Assembly: GCA_951406725.2 (NCBI GenBank)
Contig: OX597821.1
Location: forward strand, 32,612,001-32,676,000
Direction: 5' to 3'
DNA from: Octopus vulgaris
Taxonomy: Eukaryota
DNA: 64,000 bases
Position numbers and translations under genes: made by a program. Under the pieces are notes generated by a model. That model was not told the origin of the DNA and did no database searches. It was given only the letters and a program-made list of their open reading frames with translations. Below, piece after piece: positions 38,780-53,250 of this stretch (position 1 is its first letter; each line of letters opens with the position of its first letter).

Positions 38780-39744
38780 CCTCTTAAATAATATAAGTTG
38801 CCAAAAGACCTAACGGGATAGGCGTTCACGAAGCTGTGCGGTCGGGATTTTCCAAAGAAAGGCAGTTAGCCTCAAGCTCTCACCAACCGACTACCAACGA
38901 GCACATATAGGATTAACTGAATGGAATTTCGAATACTGGACTTTGATTGATAAATAGACGCTAGATGAAAAAATAATCTCCTCTACTTGGTAAGAAACTT
39001 GTCCTGTTGTTGCGTTCTCTGACAATTTTATTTATTGTTGGTGATGGTCAGCATAGTGAAATACCTAATAGCTACATTATTCGTTGGTGTAAAAGACATG
39101 AAGATATGAAGAGGAAATGCGAAATGGATTTGCAATTATGTCTAAAGTAGCTGAGTATCTAACTGATATACCAAATGACTTATGTTATAGATTTATGTAT
39201 ATGTCCATACATTTACCTTGTGATCATTCAGTGATGCACTTCTGGATGAATCAGCAAAGAACATCTCATCAAATCGAAAATTCACTTTTATGAGAAACTA
39301 AAAAGCATTTTTCGGTAAAAAAAAATTAAATCGAATATAAAGTGATAATTCTTTGGGGACTTGAGCGCAAGAGTTAGTGACAGTTTTGAAATAAGAATTC
39401 TTTTAGAACACGATGGGAGAAAAATATCAACGTCAGATTCTAATAACTTTCATTTGCTACAAATGTGTACAGAATTGTATGACACCCCTTATAACACATT
39501 CATTGAACATAAAGAAATTCACGTATGAAATTAAATATACCCAGTTTCCCAGAAATGATAGATTACGTTCTTACTAGAAAGTAAGATTTGTATGACGTGA
39601 CAGATGTTCCAGTTTTCAGAGGCCCATGATCATTGGCATTATAAAATGGGGTTAGAATGAATGGCATCACAAAAATTGAACTATGTATTTTTATTTGTTA
39701 GAAATGAATTTTCATAGTGAGAAAAGCATAAAAGATTTAAAACG

Positions 39745-39930
39745 TATACAAGATCCTATCGACGCTATCGAATAGAAGACCCTGGAGCACTTTTTAAAGG
39801 GTTTTAGTCGAAGAAATCGACGCTGTGACTTATTTTTTCTAAGTTTATTACTCATTTTATTGGTCGCTTTTGTCGAACCGCTAATGCTGTGGTGGAGAAG
39901 CATGCTTCTTACCAAACAGCCACGCCTGCG
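39745..39930 (-). mobile_element. Degraded, internally deleted SINE B
   Basis: CTGGAGCAC..TTTTGTCGAACCGCTAA..CTTACCAAACAGCCACGCCTGCGC. Confidence 0.65.
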
Positions 39931-39949
39931 CTATATATATATATGCATA

Positions 39950-40008
<59 letters not shown>

Positions 40009-40171
40009 ATATATATTAATAAGGGACGGGAAATCCCTATTGAGCTTTAGTATTATTATATATTACCACAGAGTTTAATTGTGTAGGAACTAAAGAGAAG
40101 CTCAAAGCAAGACCCAAATTTTCAGCGCTTGAAAAGGTTTGATATTTCATTGGTAAAGAAAAATGTTCAAT

Positions 40172-40346
40172 TCAATTCAATTTTATTGGCTCAAAAAGCA
40201 AAAGCAAGGTCATGTAGGGGGACAGGGAGTTATGTACTGGGAGGGTAGTCATACAAAGAGTCCAGGCCATTTCTGGTCAAGAGAGACTTTGAAACGAGCA
40301 GTCGTTGGCATCTTCACTATCTCGTCCGGCAGCTTATTCCATAAGG
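40172..40346 (-). mobile_element. Short 3' end of a CR1-type LINE
   Basis: Minus strand LWNKLPDEIVKMPTTARFKVSLDQKWPGLFV*, (TTGAA)n tail, 9-bp TSD ATGTTCAAT at 40163-40171 and 40347-40355. Confidence 0.85.
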
Positions 40347-41304
40347 ATGTTCAATAAAACATCCTCCGTGAAACAGCTTGCGACAAACAGAAATAAATCT
40401 CGATGATGATATTGCAATCACGATTCAGAAGTCATCTATATGTTTCAGTAAATTATAATTTTCATTATGGGTTCGCGGATAAATATATATTTTCAAAACA
40501 TGCATTTTGTCTGTTTTGTTCAGTGATTGTAGTACAGGGACATCGCAGTGCAGGAAACAGCTAAACATTTTCAATATTTCCAACAGAAGATATTTTCCAT
40601 AATACTGTCTTCGTGAAACAATGTGAAGGAAGTTGATATTCTGTTGGCATCAAACGTTATAAGAACTCTTGCAGCATAACATTGCTAGATATGTAGGTCA
40701 TAGAATATGTATAGGAGATTAATATATACAATACCGTTACTCTGAAGAAGTTTCCTCTAGGGAAGATACTGCAAACTAACTGAAAGATAACAGATTGAAT
40801 AAAATCTGGTCTGAAAGGAAAACGTAATAAATAAAAAGTTAGCAACAGGTGCAATTGAGGGCACATTATATTGAATAATATACTCATTGCATCTAAGCAT
40901 TTTACAGATAATCGCATTAATATAGCAAAAATGAATTGAAAAGTAAAGGTCATTCCGAAGGCTTCAATTATCTTTTAATGTTCACTTTGTAGCCGACAGT
41001 CTTTCCAAGGATTTAGTGCTATGCAAACAGCTACTAAATACATTTTTGTTTCATTATGAGCCACCTTAATGCATAATTACTATTTGGATTCGATTAGACA
41101 GTGTTACATTTTGCGCTCAGTTCTCTTCTTTTTTTTATCATCTTGTGGAAGATTGGCATCGAATTATATTTTTTATTCCTAATTGCATCCCCTGTATAAA
41201 ATGCATGTTTTGTTTCTCTCGCTTTAATTTTCATTATTCATGATGTTCTCATTTATTGTACACCAATCATTAATTCGTAACATTCTAAATATATCTGTAC
41301 ACAT

Positions 41305-41336
<32 letters not shown>

Positions 41337-41627
41337 GTATGTCTATATATGTATGTATCTATGTATATATGTATATGTATATATGAATCTATGTATCAAT
41401 ACATGTATGTATATATCAACTGAGATACATATGCACTCACCAAAGCAGCAGTGAATTACTGTGCCTTAAACTCAGGATTTCTCTGAGTTATTTAATTTAA
41501 AAAGTGTTGTATATAGTTATATAATTTGGGTGTACGCAAATATGCACGCAGTAATATATAGACATCTGTACACAAACGCATATACAGATACAAGTACCCC
41601 CCATATATATATATATATATATATATA

Positions 41628-43460
41628 TAAATTAGAGATAGAACCACTATTAGGCAAATCAAACAGTGAAAAACATAAACCAAAACATAGAAATGAAATT
41701 AATAAATATAATATACAAAATATATAAAATTATTTAAATTTAAAGTTAAAAATTTAAAATTATTACTTTATATTTATAAATTCATGCCCATAACCTAATT
41801 CGAATAACAATAATTTAAATTCAATTGATAATTCGAATTATGATTATAGTCAATCTTCAGGTTAAATAAATAATCAAATATATTTAAACAATATTTTTAA
41901 AGAAATAAATAACATAATAGTCTTTTCTTATAAAAAAACTCTATTATCAAACTAGAAACTTTAACGATTATGATTATGTCATACAATCGATTATAATGTT
42001 AAATATTAATTTTTAAGTATTAATTTTTAAGGTAAGAAACCCACAATGATCTAATCTCAGTAATAGTCAATATCTAATTACCTAAATATTTAATAATCAA
42101 AAAAAAATTATCACTATTCATATTATTAAATTTAATTTCAAATTAAATAATTATATAATATTTGAATAATAACTAAATTATCAATGAATATATATAAATG
42201 TATATAAATATAAGAATTAGGATCTAAATTATCTCTATCAATAAATATATATGCACATATAATAAAAACCTGATAAATTAATTATTCATTATTACTTATG
42301 AAATATATTAAAAATTAAAAGATTAAAGATGAAAAAGCAAATTGTAAACAAACAAACTATCTTAAAAGAACGCTATAACTAATTAGCGATCCATATATCT
42401 CGTTGGCTAAGTAATAACTTATAAAAATGTATAGTTAAGAACTAAAATGAAATAATGAAATACATATTTTCAACAACTAAATACTTATACAATGAAATTA
42501 TGAATCCGTAGTTATATAGTATCCAATAAATACTACAAATATATTTATCAATGAAAAATACTACTACAAATTGAAAAAAGCAATATATAAGTTATAATAG
42601 AACGAAGTCAACTATTAGAGATATTTATGAATATACAAAATAGCTTTAAAAACCTAATAAACTCACAAATATCCTTAACTCAGTTATAGTCCAAAAATTT
42701 TATTACCAAATTAATTAACTAAAAAATCAACTACAAAATCATTATTTATATATTAGATTTAAGTACACATCTAACAATTATAAAATATTTAAAATAATAA
42801 CTAAATAACTATCAACAAATATAGTTATTAAAATTTATGCTATCAATAAATGTATAGACACGAAACCTAACTTTAAAAATCTTGTATAACTATTAACGAT
42901 CTATATATCTCTTTGACTAAGTAAAGTCTTACAAATAAACGTAGTTAAAATCTAATAATTATTTATATAACTTCGATAACTAATAACAATCAGTATTTAT
43001 ATAGAATACAAAATTACACAAAAAGACTTATTAAAATATTTAAATTTTTAAATTTTTAAATCTTAAATAGAAATATATACTTAGCTTTGCAAGGTTTTGT
43101 GATGAACTAAAATTTTAAATCAGAAAACGTCTTTTCAGCGTTTATAAGAATATTCGTGGAATTACGTTATTTACAAAAATAGAATAAATTGTTGAAGAAT
43201 TCTTTAACAGTGAAGAATTATAAATACGCTTTATCAATGAAAATTGTGAATTAAAATTGTCAATGGAAAAAGTTATGGTTTATCAATAAATGTAAATAGA
43301 ATGAAGTCACAATTAAAGAATAGAACCACTCTATACTATAAGATTTATTATTAAAATAACTATGATAAATAATACTTAATACTCAATAAATCAAATAATT
43401 AATAACTACTAATTACTACGTATGCTCAAAAAATCTTATAAGATAATATATATATAAAAA
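41628..43460. mobile_element. Extremely AT-rich non-coding repeat-like element bounded by TA tracts
   Basis: Left end matches the 16181 arm; internal diverged duplications (about 42374 vs 42884); boundaries approximate. Confidence 0.4.
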
Positions 43461-43591
43461 ATTATAGTAACGCCTCGACGTACGAGTAAATTCTTTCCCA
43501 GAGTATGCTTTTATTTTAAGCGAAAATCATGAACAGAACCCAGTGTCTCGTAAAGCGCTTCTCATAAGGTGATGTATTACTGTACACGTGT

Positions 43592-43644
<53 letters not shown>

Positions 43645-44053
43645 ACACAATACATATATATACATGTATATATACACATACACACACATATATACACTTA
43701 TATATATACATACATATACACATACATATACACATACATATATATATATACATACATACACACATATACACATATATCATATGAATACATACGTATATAA
43801 ATGCCTATATTCATACTTCCATACAAACATACAAGTAAACATTTCGTTTTATTCATGAATTGTTTCTATAAGTCTATATTAAATAAAATTGATTAAATAA
43901 ACATCTAAATAAATGTACTTCAAATATAAAGAAAATACATACATATAGATTAATTTAACAAATTTATAACAAAAATATAACAAAATATAAACTTAACTCT
44001 AGTATAAGATGAATATATATTAATATTATATATCATATTATTAATATTCAAAA

Positions 44054-45434
44054 TATATTGATAAATTACGTTTATTGAGTGCAATATATTGATACCTTAC
44101 GTTTATTGAGGGTATATATATTGGTAAATTACGTTTATAGAGTGTAATATATTGATAAATTACGTTTCTTAAGTGTAATATATTGATAAATTACGTTTGT
44201 TGAGAGTAATATATTGATAACTTACGTTTATTTAGTTTAATATATGGATAAATTACCTTTGTTGAGTGTAATATATTAGTTTAATATATTGATAAATTAC
44301 GTTTGTTGTGTGTCATATATTGATAACTTACGTTTGTTGAGTGTAATATATTGTTAAATTACGTTTATTGAGTGTAATATATTGATAAATTACGTTTATT
44401 TAGTGTAATATATCGATAAATTACGTTTATTGAGTGTAATATAATAACTTACGTTTGTTGAGTGTCATATATCGATAAATTACGTTTATTGAGTGTAAAT
44501 ATATTGATAAATTACGTTTTTGTTGAGTGTAATGTAATGATAAATTACGTTTATTGAGTGTAATATATTGATAAATTACGTTTATTGAGTGTAATATATT
44601 GATAAATTACCTTTGTTGAGTGTAATATATTGATAAATTACGTTTATTGAGTGTAATATATTGATAAATTACGTTTATTGAGTGTAATGTAATGATAAAT
44701 TACGTTTATTGAGTGTAATATATTGATAAATTACGTTTGTTGAGTGTAAATATATTGATAAATTACGTTTATTGAGTGTAATGTAATGATAAATTACGTT
44801 TATTGAGTGAAATATATTGATAAATTACGTTTGTTGAGTGTAATATATTGATAAATTACCTTTGTTGAGTGTAATATATTCATAAATTACGTTTATTGAG
44901 TGTAATATATTGATAAATTACGTTTATTGAGTGTAATGTAATGATAAATTACGTTTATTGAGTGTAATATATTGATAAATTACGTTTGTTGAGTGTAAAT
45001 ATATTGATAAATTACGTTTATTGAGTGTAATGTAATGATAAATTACGTTTATTGAGTGTAATATATTGATAAATTACGTTTATTGTGTGTAATATATTCA
45101 TAAATTACGTTTATTGAGTGTAATATATTGATAAATTACGTTTGTTGAGTGTAATATATTGATAAATTACCTTTGTTGAGTGTAATATATTCATAAATTA
45201 CGTTTATTGAGTGTAATATATTGATAAATTACCTTTGTTGAGTGTAATATATTGATAAATTACCTTTGTTGAGTGTAATATATTCATAAATTACGTTTAT
45301 TGAGTGTAATACATTGATAAATTACGTTTGTTGAGTGTAATATATTGATAAATTACGTTTGTTGTGTGTCATATATTGATAACTTACGTTTGTTGAGTGT
45401 AATACATTGATAAATTACGTTTGTTGAGTGTAAA
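44054..45434. repeat. 31-bp minisatellite, about 44 copies
   Basis: Unit GTTTATTGAGTGTAATATATTGATAAATTAC, head-to-tail with no spacers and recurring variants. Confidence 0.97.
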
Positions 45435-45530
45435 TTAGCCAGCGGAGTGGCGTCATTCGAAGGGTAAAACAATGCGAACGCATTGTGACCAGCGATGTGT
45501 AACATCTGATGGTCTGGTCCGTCACGTGAT

Positions 45531-45538
<8 letters not shown>
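45435..45538 (+). mobile_element. Isolated 3' tail of SINE family C1 (or its partner LINE)
   Basis: Matches the reverse complement of about 58331-58437; ends TCACGTGATCACGTGA(TA)n. Confidence 0.8.
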
Positions 45539-45603
<65 letters not shown>

Positions 45604-45605
45604 CT

Positions 45606-45684
<79 letters not shown>

Positions 45685-46779
45685 ACGTGATATATATATA
45701 TACGTGCATTTGTGTCTATGTATAAGCATGTATCTATGCATTTCAATAATTCAATAGCATAGATATTAGTATGTTTACAGATGCTAATCCTTGTTCTTCT
45801 GTAAATATAACAACCCACACACAATCTACTAACGCTTTGTATGATTTTCTTTGATTTAAGTGCTCTTATATAAATACCTCAAGCTCTTTTCTTCATTTCT
45901 CTTAACTTATAAAACACTTTCTGTATTATTCAGTTCCGATCGTTTGAAGAGCAGAAACAAGGTAATAGGGAGTAGTGATTTTTTTAAGCTTTCACCTTGA
46001 AGCAAATATATTGTATATACAACAGGATTCTCTCACAAGCAAGTTTCGGGCATTTTGATTGGGTTTTGGATAGAATATTCACAAAAAAGTCACTTCCATT
46101 GATTTTTTAATGGCTTTGCGGGGTGACTGGGGAAATGTAAAGATGTGCACGACCACTCTTGGACAGTCTTGAATGACCATAGAAAGTGCGAGCCCTCTAA
46201 CTGGAAAATTGTGGATTTGTATAAAGGACACACATGCAGACATTTTGCCGTTTATATAGAGAGAGATATATTTATTTTGACAATATATTGTTAAGTGAAT
46301 AAAACGTAATATAAAATCCACATGATTTAAAAGAACGTTTACTTTATGTAAAAAGAAAATAGGACTCAGTTATATGCAGAATGTATTACTGAATCAAGAT
46401 TTTCCCTTCCATTCCAGATAACTATAAAAGTTTGATTAATATGAAATTAAAGACTCTCCAACTGGGAAGATACAAATACTGGCATTATGAATGGAGTGAA
46501 ATTGCTTTAGCATGAAAGACGATAGATTAGATTTCTCTGCAAAGTGCCACCCTACAATAGTAAGAGAAGGCAATAGAGCTAACGAAGAACCTCTATATGA
46601 ACGCCGGGACAAAAAAAATTAACCAAATCTTTCTTAAGCAGCTGTCATATAAAACGGAAATATACAATGAATAATACAGCTCTAGATACACTATACTAGG
46701 TCCGATGTCCATGGCTCAAATGAACTGGATCATATATGCATTTAAATGGATCAGATCTGACCTGACCTGTGGCTAAACA

Positions 46780-47140
46780 AGATCAATTTAGGAGACGTTT
46801 TACGAAAGCAGCTTCACCCCCACTTAAACAGTTCACTCATCAGAGTTTGGCAATATACCAACATAATAATGCAACTGTTCATTCTGCCAAATTAGCCCTA
46901 AAGTCCCTACACGATAAGGAAATTGAGAAATTGATTTGGCTTGAATCCAATCAAGACTTTATGGTGCATTGTTCCAGCAAAAGCCAAATTTAAAATAGTT
47001 TTTTTTTTAACTAAAATGACTTCATTTGCTGTAACTCATAAAGAATGGGGAAAATTAGAGACAGCATCGCATACAAAGCTTACTGACGTTATAAGCAAAA
47101 AGTTTTAAAGACAACTAGACAACCGTACCAGAAACAACGG
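46780..47140 (+). mobile_element. Decayed Tc1-type transposase fragment
   Basis: AIYQHNNATVHSAKLALKSLHDKEIEKLIWLESNQD resembles Tc1 IFQQDNAP.H.A....W....I..L.WP..SPD. Confidence 0.6.
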
Positions 47141-47155
47141 TGATTAAATTATAAT

Positions 47156-47591
47156 TACTCTTTTTACTCTTTTACTCTTTTACTCTTTTACTTGTTTCAG
47201 TCATTTGACTGCGGCCATGCCGGAGCACCGGCTTTAGTCGAGCAAATCGACCCCAGGACTTATTCTTTGTAAGCCTAGTACTTATTCTATCGGTCTCTTT
47301 TGCCGAACCGCTAAGTCACGGGGACGTAAACACATCAGCATCGGTTGTCAAGCGATATTGGGGGAACAAACACAGACATACAATCATACACACACACACA
47401 CACATACACACATATATATATATATATACGACAGGCTTCTTCCAGTTTCCGTCTACCTAATCCACTCACAAGGCTTTGGTCGGCCCAAGGCTATAGTAGA
47501 AGACACTTGCCCAAGGTGCCACGAATTAGGAGTGGACCCGGAACCATGTGGTTGGTAAGCATGCTACTTACCACACAGCCACTCCTGCGCC
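47156..47591 (-). mobile_element. SINE family B, full length
   Basis: Family-B sequence with 4 tail units (TACTCTTT)n. Confidence 0.92.
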
Positions 47592-48109
47592 TAATTAACA
47601 ATAAATTTTAATTAACAATATTTTGTAAATTTTGATTTACACAGTAAATGATTTTCTGAAAAAATCTCCAATATTTTGAGATGTGTTGTGCTGTTAAAAT
47701 GTTTCATATAATGACTCTTGAATTTTATATTTATTTTTCTCTATCCCTCCTCTTGTCTCTGTCTCTCTCTTTCTCTGTATATATATATATGTCGCACATA
47801 CATACACACACCTGTATGTATACACATATGCACACACATACACACATACATATACATACACACACAAACACCAACACAATCACGCAGACATACATACATA
47901 CAGACATGTATATGTATGTCCATATATGTAGACATATATATATATGTGTGTGTGTGTCTGTGCGTTTGTGTGTGTAATTTTTGGAATATGTCAATTAGGA
48001 TGTTGAGTAAAGAACGTTCACAATTTGGTTTACTCGGTGTCATGTACGTTAAGAGCATATTTCCGCTGGATTTACTTCAGGAATTCCGCCTTGTTGGTTG
48101 AGATAATAA

Positions 48110-48229
48110 TAATCGATGAATGAAGCAGGAGATAAATTTGGCATTAGTCTTTATTCAATACGTACTAATACCAAATCGAGTACTAATTCAGTACTAACGC
48201 CAAATCCATCTTCCGCTTCATTTATCGAT
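48110..48229. repeat. Imperfect inverted repeat (about 38-bp arms)
   Basis: AATCGATGAATGAAGC..ATTTGGCATTAGT vs ACTAACGCCAAAT..GCTTCATTTATCGATT. Confidence 0.7.
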
Positions 48230-48235
48230 TAATAT

Positions 48236-49390
48236 TATTATTACTTTATGTTTGAATTTTGCTTTGCATTTGTACAAGTTGGCTCCAAGTCTCACCCAGA
48301 GACCTCAAGAGACAACAAATTAGAAGTTTGTGTTGGTGTTATGCTTAGTGTGCCACATATTTGGTTATGTACATAGTGTTGTTCTAGAGAATGTTCAAGA
48401 AACCATAAGAAAATGATGTTTGCTTTAAAATTTGAGATTACACCGACAGTATTTTACGTAGGATATAGGAAGTTCCCATGGTCACTATCTTTTGAATTTC
48501 TGCCATTTCGGGGTTTCCTGGTATCTGAGCTAGGTAGCAATCAGACCCTTTTGCAATTATTCTTTGGGCACCTATGACAACAGGCATTGTTTTAGTCTTT
48601 CGGTCCGAAATTTTGCTAATTTCTATTTCAAGATCCTCATACTTGCTCAATTTTTGGTAGGTCTTGACAAATACGTTTATATCGATTGGGACACTCATAT
48701 CAATGAGGAGGCATGTGCTTTGTTTGAAGTCTTTCAATATGATGTCTGGCCTATTTGCATCTATCTTTCTGTCAGTTTGAATGGTGAAATTCAAGAGGAG
48801 TGATATGTGACCATTTTCAAGCACTGGAAGTGGTTTGTGTTCCCACCAGTTTTTATCATGGGGCAAGTCCATGTTTTTGCAAATTACCCAGTGAATATAT
48901 TGTGCAGCTCTATCATGCCTGTTGAGATATTCTGTAGGCGCTAGAAGACTGCACATGGAGATAGCATGATCAATGATTTCATTTTGTTGTTGACATACAC
49001 ATGTTGGGAAGCTGCCGTTCTTTAATATTTCGGCCTGGTAGTTCCTTGTAGGTAGGCACTGATCTTGGGCTGCTATGATAAACCCTTCTGTTTCTTATTT
49101 TAAGCCAGAGGCCATTAGCCATTGATGGGTAAGGGCTTTGTCAATTTCGACATTATTCGCAGTCTTTGGGTATTTGCCATTGAGAGGTTTTTCTTACCAT
49201 TTATCAGTCAGAATATCTAAGGCAGCAGTTTTAGCACGGGTTTTCATGCGCTTAGCTTTTTCTGCGCTTGTTTCTAGTACGTCTAATTCCGAAATTTGTT
49301 GTATTTGGAATTCACTTAGATATTCCTCTGCCTGTTTTGTTACTGAGTATGATGCTTTCTTGTTTTCATGTTTTGAGACAAGTTTTAACG
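48236..49390 (-). mobile_element. R4/Dong-type non-LTR retrotransposon (restriction-like endonuclease), 5'-truncated and decayed
   Basis: GFIIAAQDQCLPTRNY, CCHC knuckle (C..CQQQNEIIDHAISMC), YLNRHD, RPDIILKD...LLIDMSVP, KLSKYEDL, PVVIGA; (TAA)n tail. Confidence 0.9.
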
Positions 49391-49909
49391 TCCTACCAGT
49401 GAAATTAACTGCTAACATTATCAAAATCCATAAACGTTATAAAGAAGAAATAAGTAAAATAGAAAACTACTATTTCCTTTGTATTTATTGTAAGTAGGCC
49501 AGCATTGTTTTAACTCTGACAGTAAAGGAAATAAATACAGCAATTCATTTTGTTCGGCAGCTAAAAGTGCTAGAATATTTACTAGCGGAAGATTCCTAAT
49601 AAACACAGAGAATTTGGCAAGATTTCCTGTGATCTATAAAATCGATGTCCGTCCGAATGTGTTAATATAATTTTTTTTGACTTAGGCCTAGATATATTTG
49701 GGGAGTAAAGTCATCATTTTCACGGCTATCAATTTTAACGTCAAAAGTATGGTCAACATTTTAACTTCTGAAAAGAGTCAAATTTTCTTTAGAAGTTGAT
49801 ATCAGCCTGGATTGGTAACTAAACGTAAAGGCGCTGAAGAAAGTGCCGCATTGTTTATTGCTCAACACTACTATTTTCACCAATATATTTTAAATAATAC
49901 AATACTGAA

Positions 49910-50207
49910 ATTCTGTTGTGTCTGGGGAGAGTCATTCTCTTTTAGTGCCTTATTATTTAACACACTCACCGGTAAAATTTCCACTTATTTCTTATTTTTA
50001 TGTTCTAAAATTTTCGTTGCGTGTTACAAGATTACTGAAAACGCAACGAACATTTTAGAAAATAAAAATAAGAAATAAGTGGAAATTTTACCGGTGAATG
50101 TGTTAAATAATAAAGCACTAAAAGAGAATGACTCTCCCCAGACACAACAGAATATGATTCAACACACGAACCCATAAAAAGAATCTTGCAAACAAATTCA
50201 AAAACGA
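49910..50207. mobile_element. Fold-back mini-element: 113-bp inverted arms, 18-nt loop, 12-bp TSD
   Basis: Arms 49910-50022 and 50041-50153 (about 4 mismatches); AATACTGAAATT at 49901-49912 and 50208-50219. Confidence 0.85.
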
Positions 50208-52059
50208 AATACTGAAATTAAACTCCCGAAAATTCAGTCGATCATTCATACTCCACACAGTATCTGACAAAGTGTATGAAGCATGAACATCTTTATTCTA
50301 TCCTAAATCCATGCTATTGAATAGTGTGTTGAGATCGGTGCACATCTGTTTACATATTAGTAGTAAAGGGCGCAAAATCATAATTGTCTTGGTCTTGATA
50401 CCTCCAAAATCCCAAACGTACATATAAGTCGATTATGAGAAACTAGAAGCGGAAGATGGGGGATTATAAGCAGAAGATGGTGGTCTGCAATAATAATATG
50501 CAAGAATACAGACAAAAGATGGAACACGACAATCACATCATCGATTACGAATGCATGAATCAAGATAAATATGAGAAGTATTAACGTTACCAACCTACAA
50601 AACCTACCTTTCAAACAAACTTTCCAACAAAAGTATTTCTTTCGAGAGACATCAGAGTGCAAACGTCAAAGAAACGAAGACAGAATGGAGAAAAGAATAT
50701 GAAGCAGTCGAACGAGAAGAAATGTAAGTCAACCAAAGCGAGAAAACAAATGGAGATATTCTGTAGTTCTATGACATATGTGATAAAAGAATTGACATAA
50801 TAAATAAATAAATAAATAAATAAATAACGAATAACGATGCATGAGAATATGAACGAGAAATGCTAACTGACACACCAAGTAGAAAAACGAAATCTGGGAG
50901 ACAAACAAAAAAGTAAGGGTACAATCATACGATAAAAAAATAAAATACAGGCTAAAAATTATATTTCTAAATAAGTAAAACATAAAGCTCTGAAGACCAC
51001 AGAGAAGAAAAATCATCCACTTGATAGAAATATAGACAGCATAAATATGTATAACCTCGCTGAAAATAGATTTGGAATAACCACAATGAATTATATAAGA
51101 CTAAACCAAGTTTTGCAAATATCAAACTATCTAAATTTCATTCAGCAGATGGAATATGAACCGTAGCGAAGAACGTCTCTACGAATTGGATATAAATTCA
51201 AAAGAAGTGACACAATGAAAAAGAAAATAAAACCAAAACCAACTACAATAAATCAAAAACTTTCAAGAAACAAAGGAAACGAAAAATGAAAATATGTTCT
51301 CTAAAACTAATATAAAAAAAGACAATATTCTGGCGAAAACAATACGGATAATATGGAAATCTGCTTCGATGGGAAATATTTATAACTCAACGTCAATTGA
51401 TTTCGTGCATCAGAAAAGCAAAGTAGTATTGTTATTGAGAAGAATAAGTAATGCATGAAAGAAAAACGTCTCGAAACCTTTAATGGGTCGCTGGATCACC
51501 ACTGAAAGTATTTCCTTCGTGTAGTAATGCGAAAATATAGAGTGTAAAGATATTTCGCTCCTCCAGCAGAATGTGAAAAAAAAGGTATTTGATTTAATGG
51601 TTTAGTAAGAACCCATGCCTTATTTAAGACTCTCTATAACCAACGGTACAATAGGAGGAAGCTATCTTCAGACTGGAGATTTTAACAGAATTCCTACAAG
51701 AGAAAATATTCCGCTAAAGGGACCTAATTATGATGATGTTATACCTGGAAAAATTAATTCTACTCCCATACGTTTAAAATACCTGTGGTGGGCTACCATG
51801 CAATTTACTACAAACTACTTTTTTCCTGCGAACTATTGGATAACCGAATGATGAGTGCTGACACTTGCACAATGTCCTACGCAGTGAAATCGCATGCATG
51901 CGATACTTTGAGATAATAAAGCGAGATTTTAACTACACGGTCATGCATATAAAAAATAAATCAGTTGAACTATGAATCGAAACAGTACCGAATACGTGAC
52001 CGACTGGGGTGCTGTTTTTCTGGCAGGGGTGGTGCTAGAGCTGGGAAAATTTGAATGCA

Positions 52060-53228
52060 TTATTTTCAAGCCTTCTTATTAATAACTGTATTATTTCTTT
52101 TCAGGTAAAATGACATTTCACTATTCAAAGGAAGATATCAAACATTATTTGTTGCAACTTCTATTAAAAATTGATAAAATGTGTCATCATTGTGTTAACA
52201 ATTACCTTCTGGAAAACAGTTTAGCCACTGATGTGCATGCTGAAATAGTTGCTACATTAGGGTATAACACCAGCTTTATCAACAGTGAAAAGTGAGAAGC
52301 TAAATTTGGGAGGGGAAGATTGTCTTGAAGATGATGTTCTGCTACTGCACCACCGAGAAATATATTGATCGTGTTCACCACATGGAGACAAATGACAGGC
52401 CAATGAATGTGAATCAAATAGCCAATGCTATCAGCATATCCCGTGATAGAGTTGAGAATATTCTGTACAATGAACGTGGCATGACGAAGGTTTCTGCTCA
52501 GTGGGTGCCACGTCTTCTGACACCTGATGAAAAGCGCACCAGACCTATTCATCACAGAAAAACCTGAAAGTGTGTCCGTGGCAGATCCAGTTGGTTTCTT
52601 TGAATATTTCTTAATCTACGACGAATATTGGCTTCAACACATTCAACCAGAGACCAAGAGGCAATCCATATAACGCTCCAAATCTGCTTCAAAGAAAGCC
52701 ATGTCGTTTTGTCTTCAGGAAAGGTGATGGCTTCAGTTTCTGGACGCAAAAGATACGGTGTTTTTTTTACAGTATGCAAAAAGACCACTCCATCTATGGA
52801 GGGTATTATGCCAGCTTTCTGAGATAGTTACGAGAGGCTGTCAGGATCAAACACCCAGGAAAACTGGTAAAAGGGTGCTTGTTTCATCAGGACGCTGCTC
52901 CAGCACACAAATTGTTGGTTTTAATGGCTGTTGTGCGTGACTGCGTCTTTGAGCTGGTTTATCAACCTCCCTATTCTCATCATTTGTCCCCATCTAATAT
53001 GCGTTCCCCAGCATAAAAGAACACGTGACTGGGAAAAAAGTATCGCAATGATGACGTTACGTCTGCTGTTCATAACCTTCTTGACCAACAGGATATAAGC
53101 TGCAACACCAGTGGGATCCAAGTACAGCAACACACCAGCAAGGGGAGGGTGTGGACTGCAAGGGGGACTATGTTGAAGAATAAACCACATTTGATCACTT
53201 ACATAAGTGTATCTTGTCCCTTGTGGAT
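52060..53228 (+). mobile_element. Mariner transposon, near full-length transposase pseudogene
   Basis: KVSAQWVPRLLT (WVPxxL), SGKVMASV, FHQDAAPAH, QPPYSHHLSPS, GDYVEE*; many frameshifts. Confidence 0.9.
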
Positions 53229-53250
53229 ATATATATATGTATATATATAT

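Noticed and set aside
41628-43460. Mitochondrial insertion (NUMT) suggested by extreme AT content
   Set aside because: No recognisable mitochondrial gene, rRNA or tRNA; its end matches another nuclear repeat at 16181
44054-45434. CRISPR-like array of about 30-bp repeats
   Set aside because: Units are head-to-tail with no unique spacers, there are no cas genes and the context is eukaryotic; it is a minisatellite
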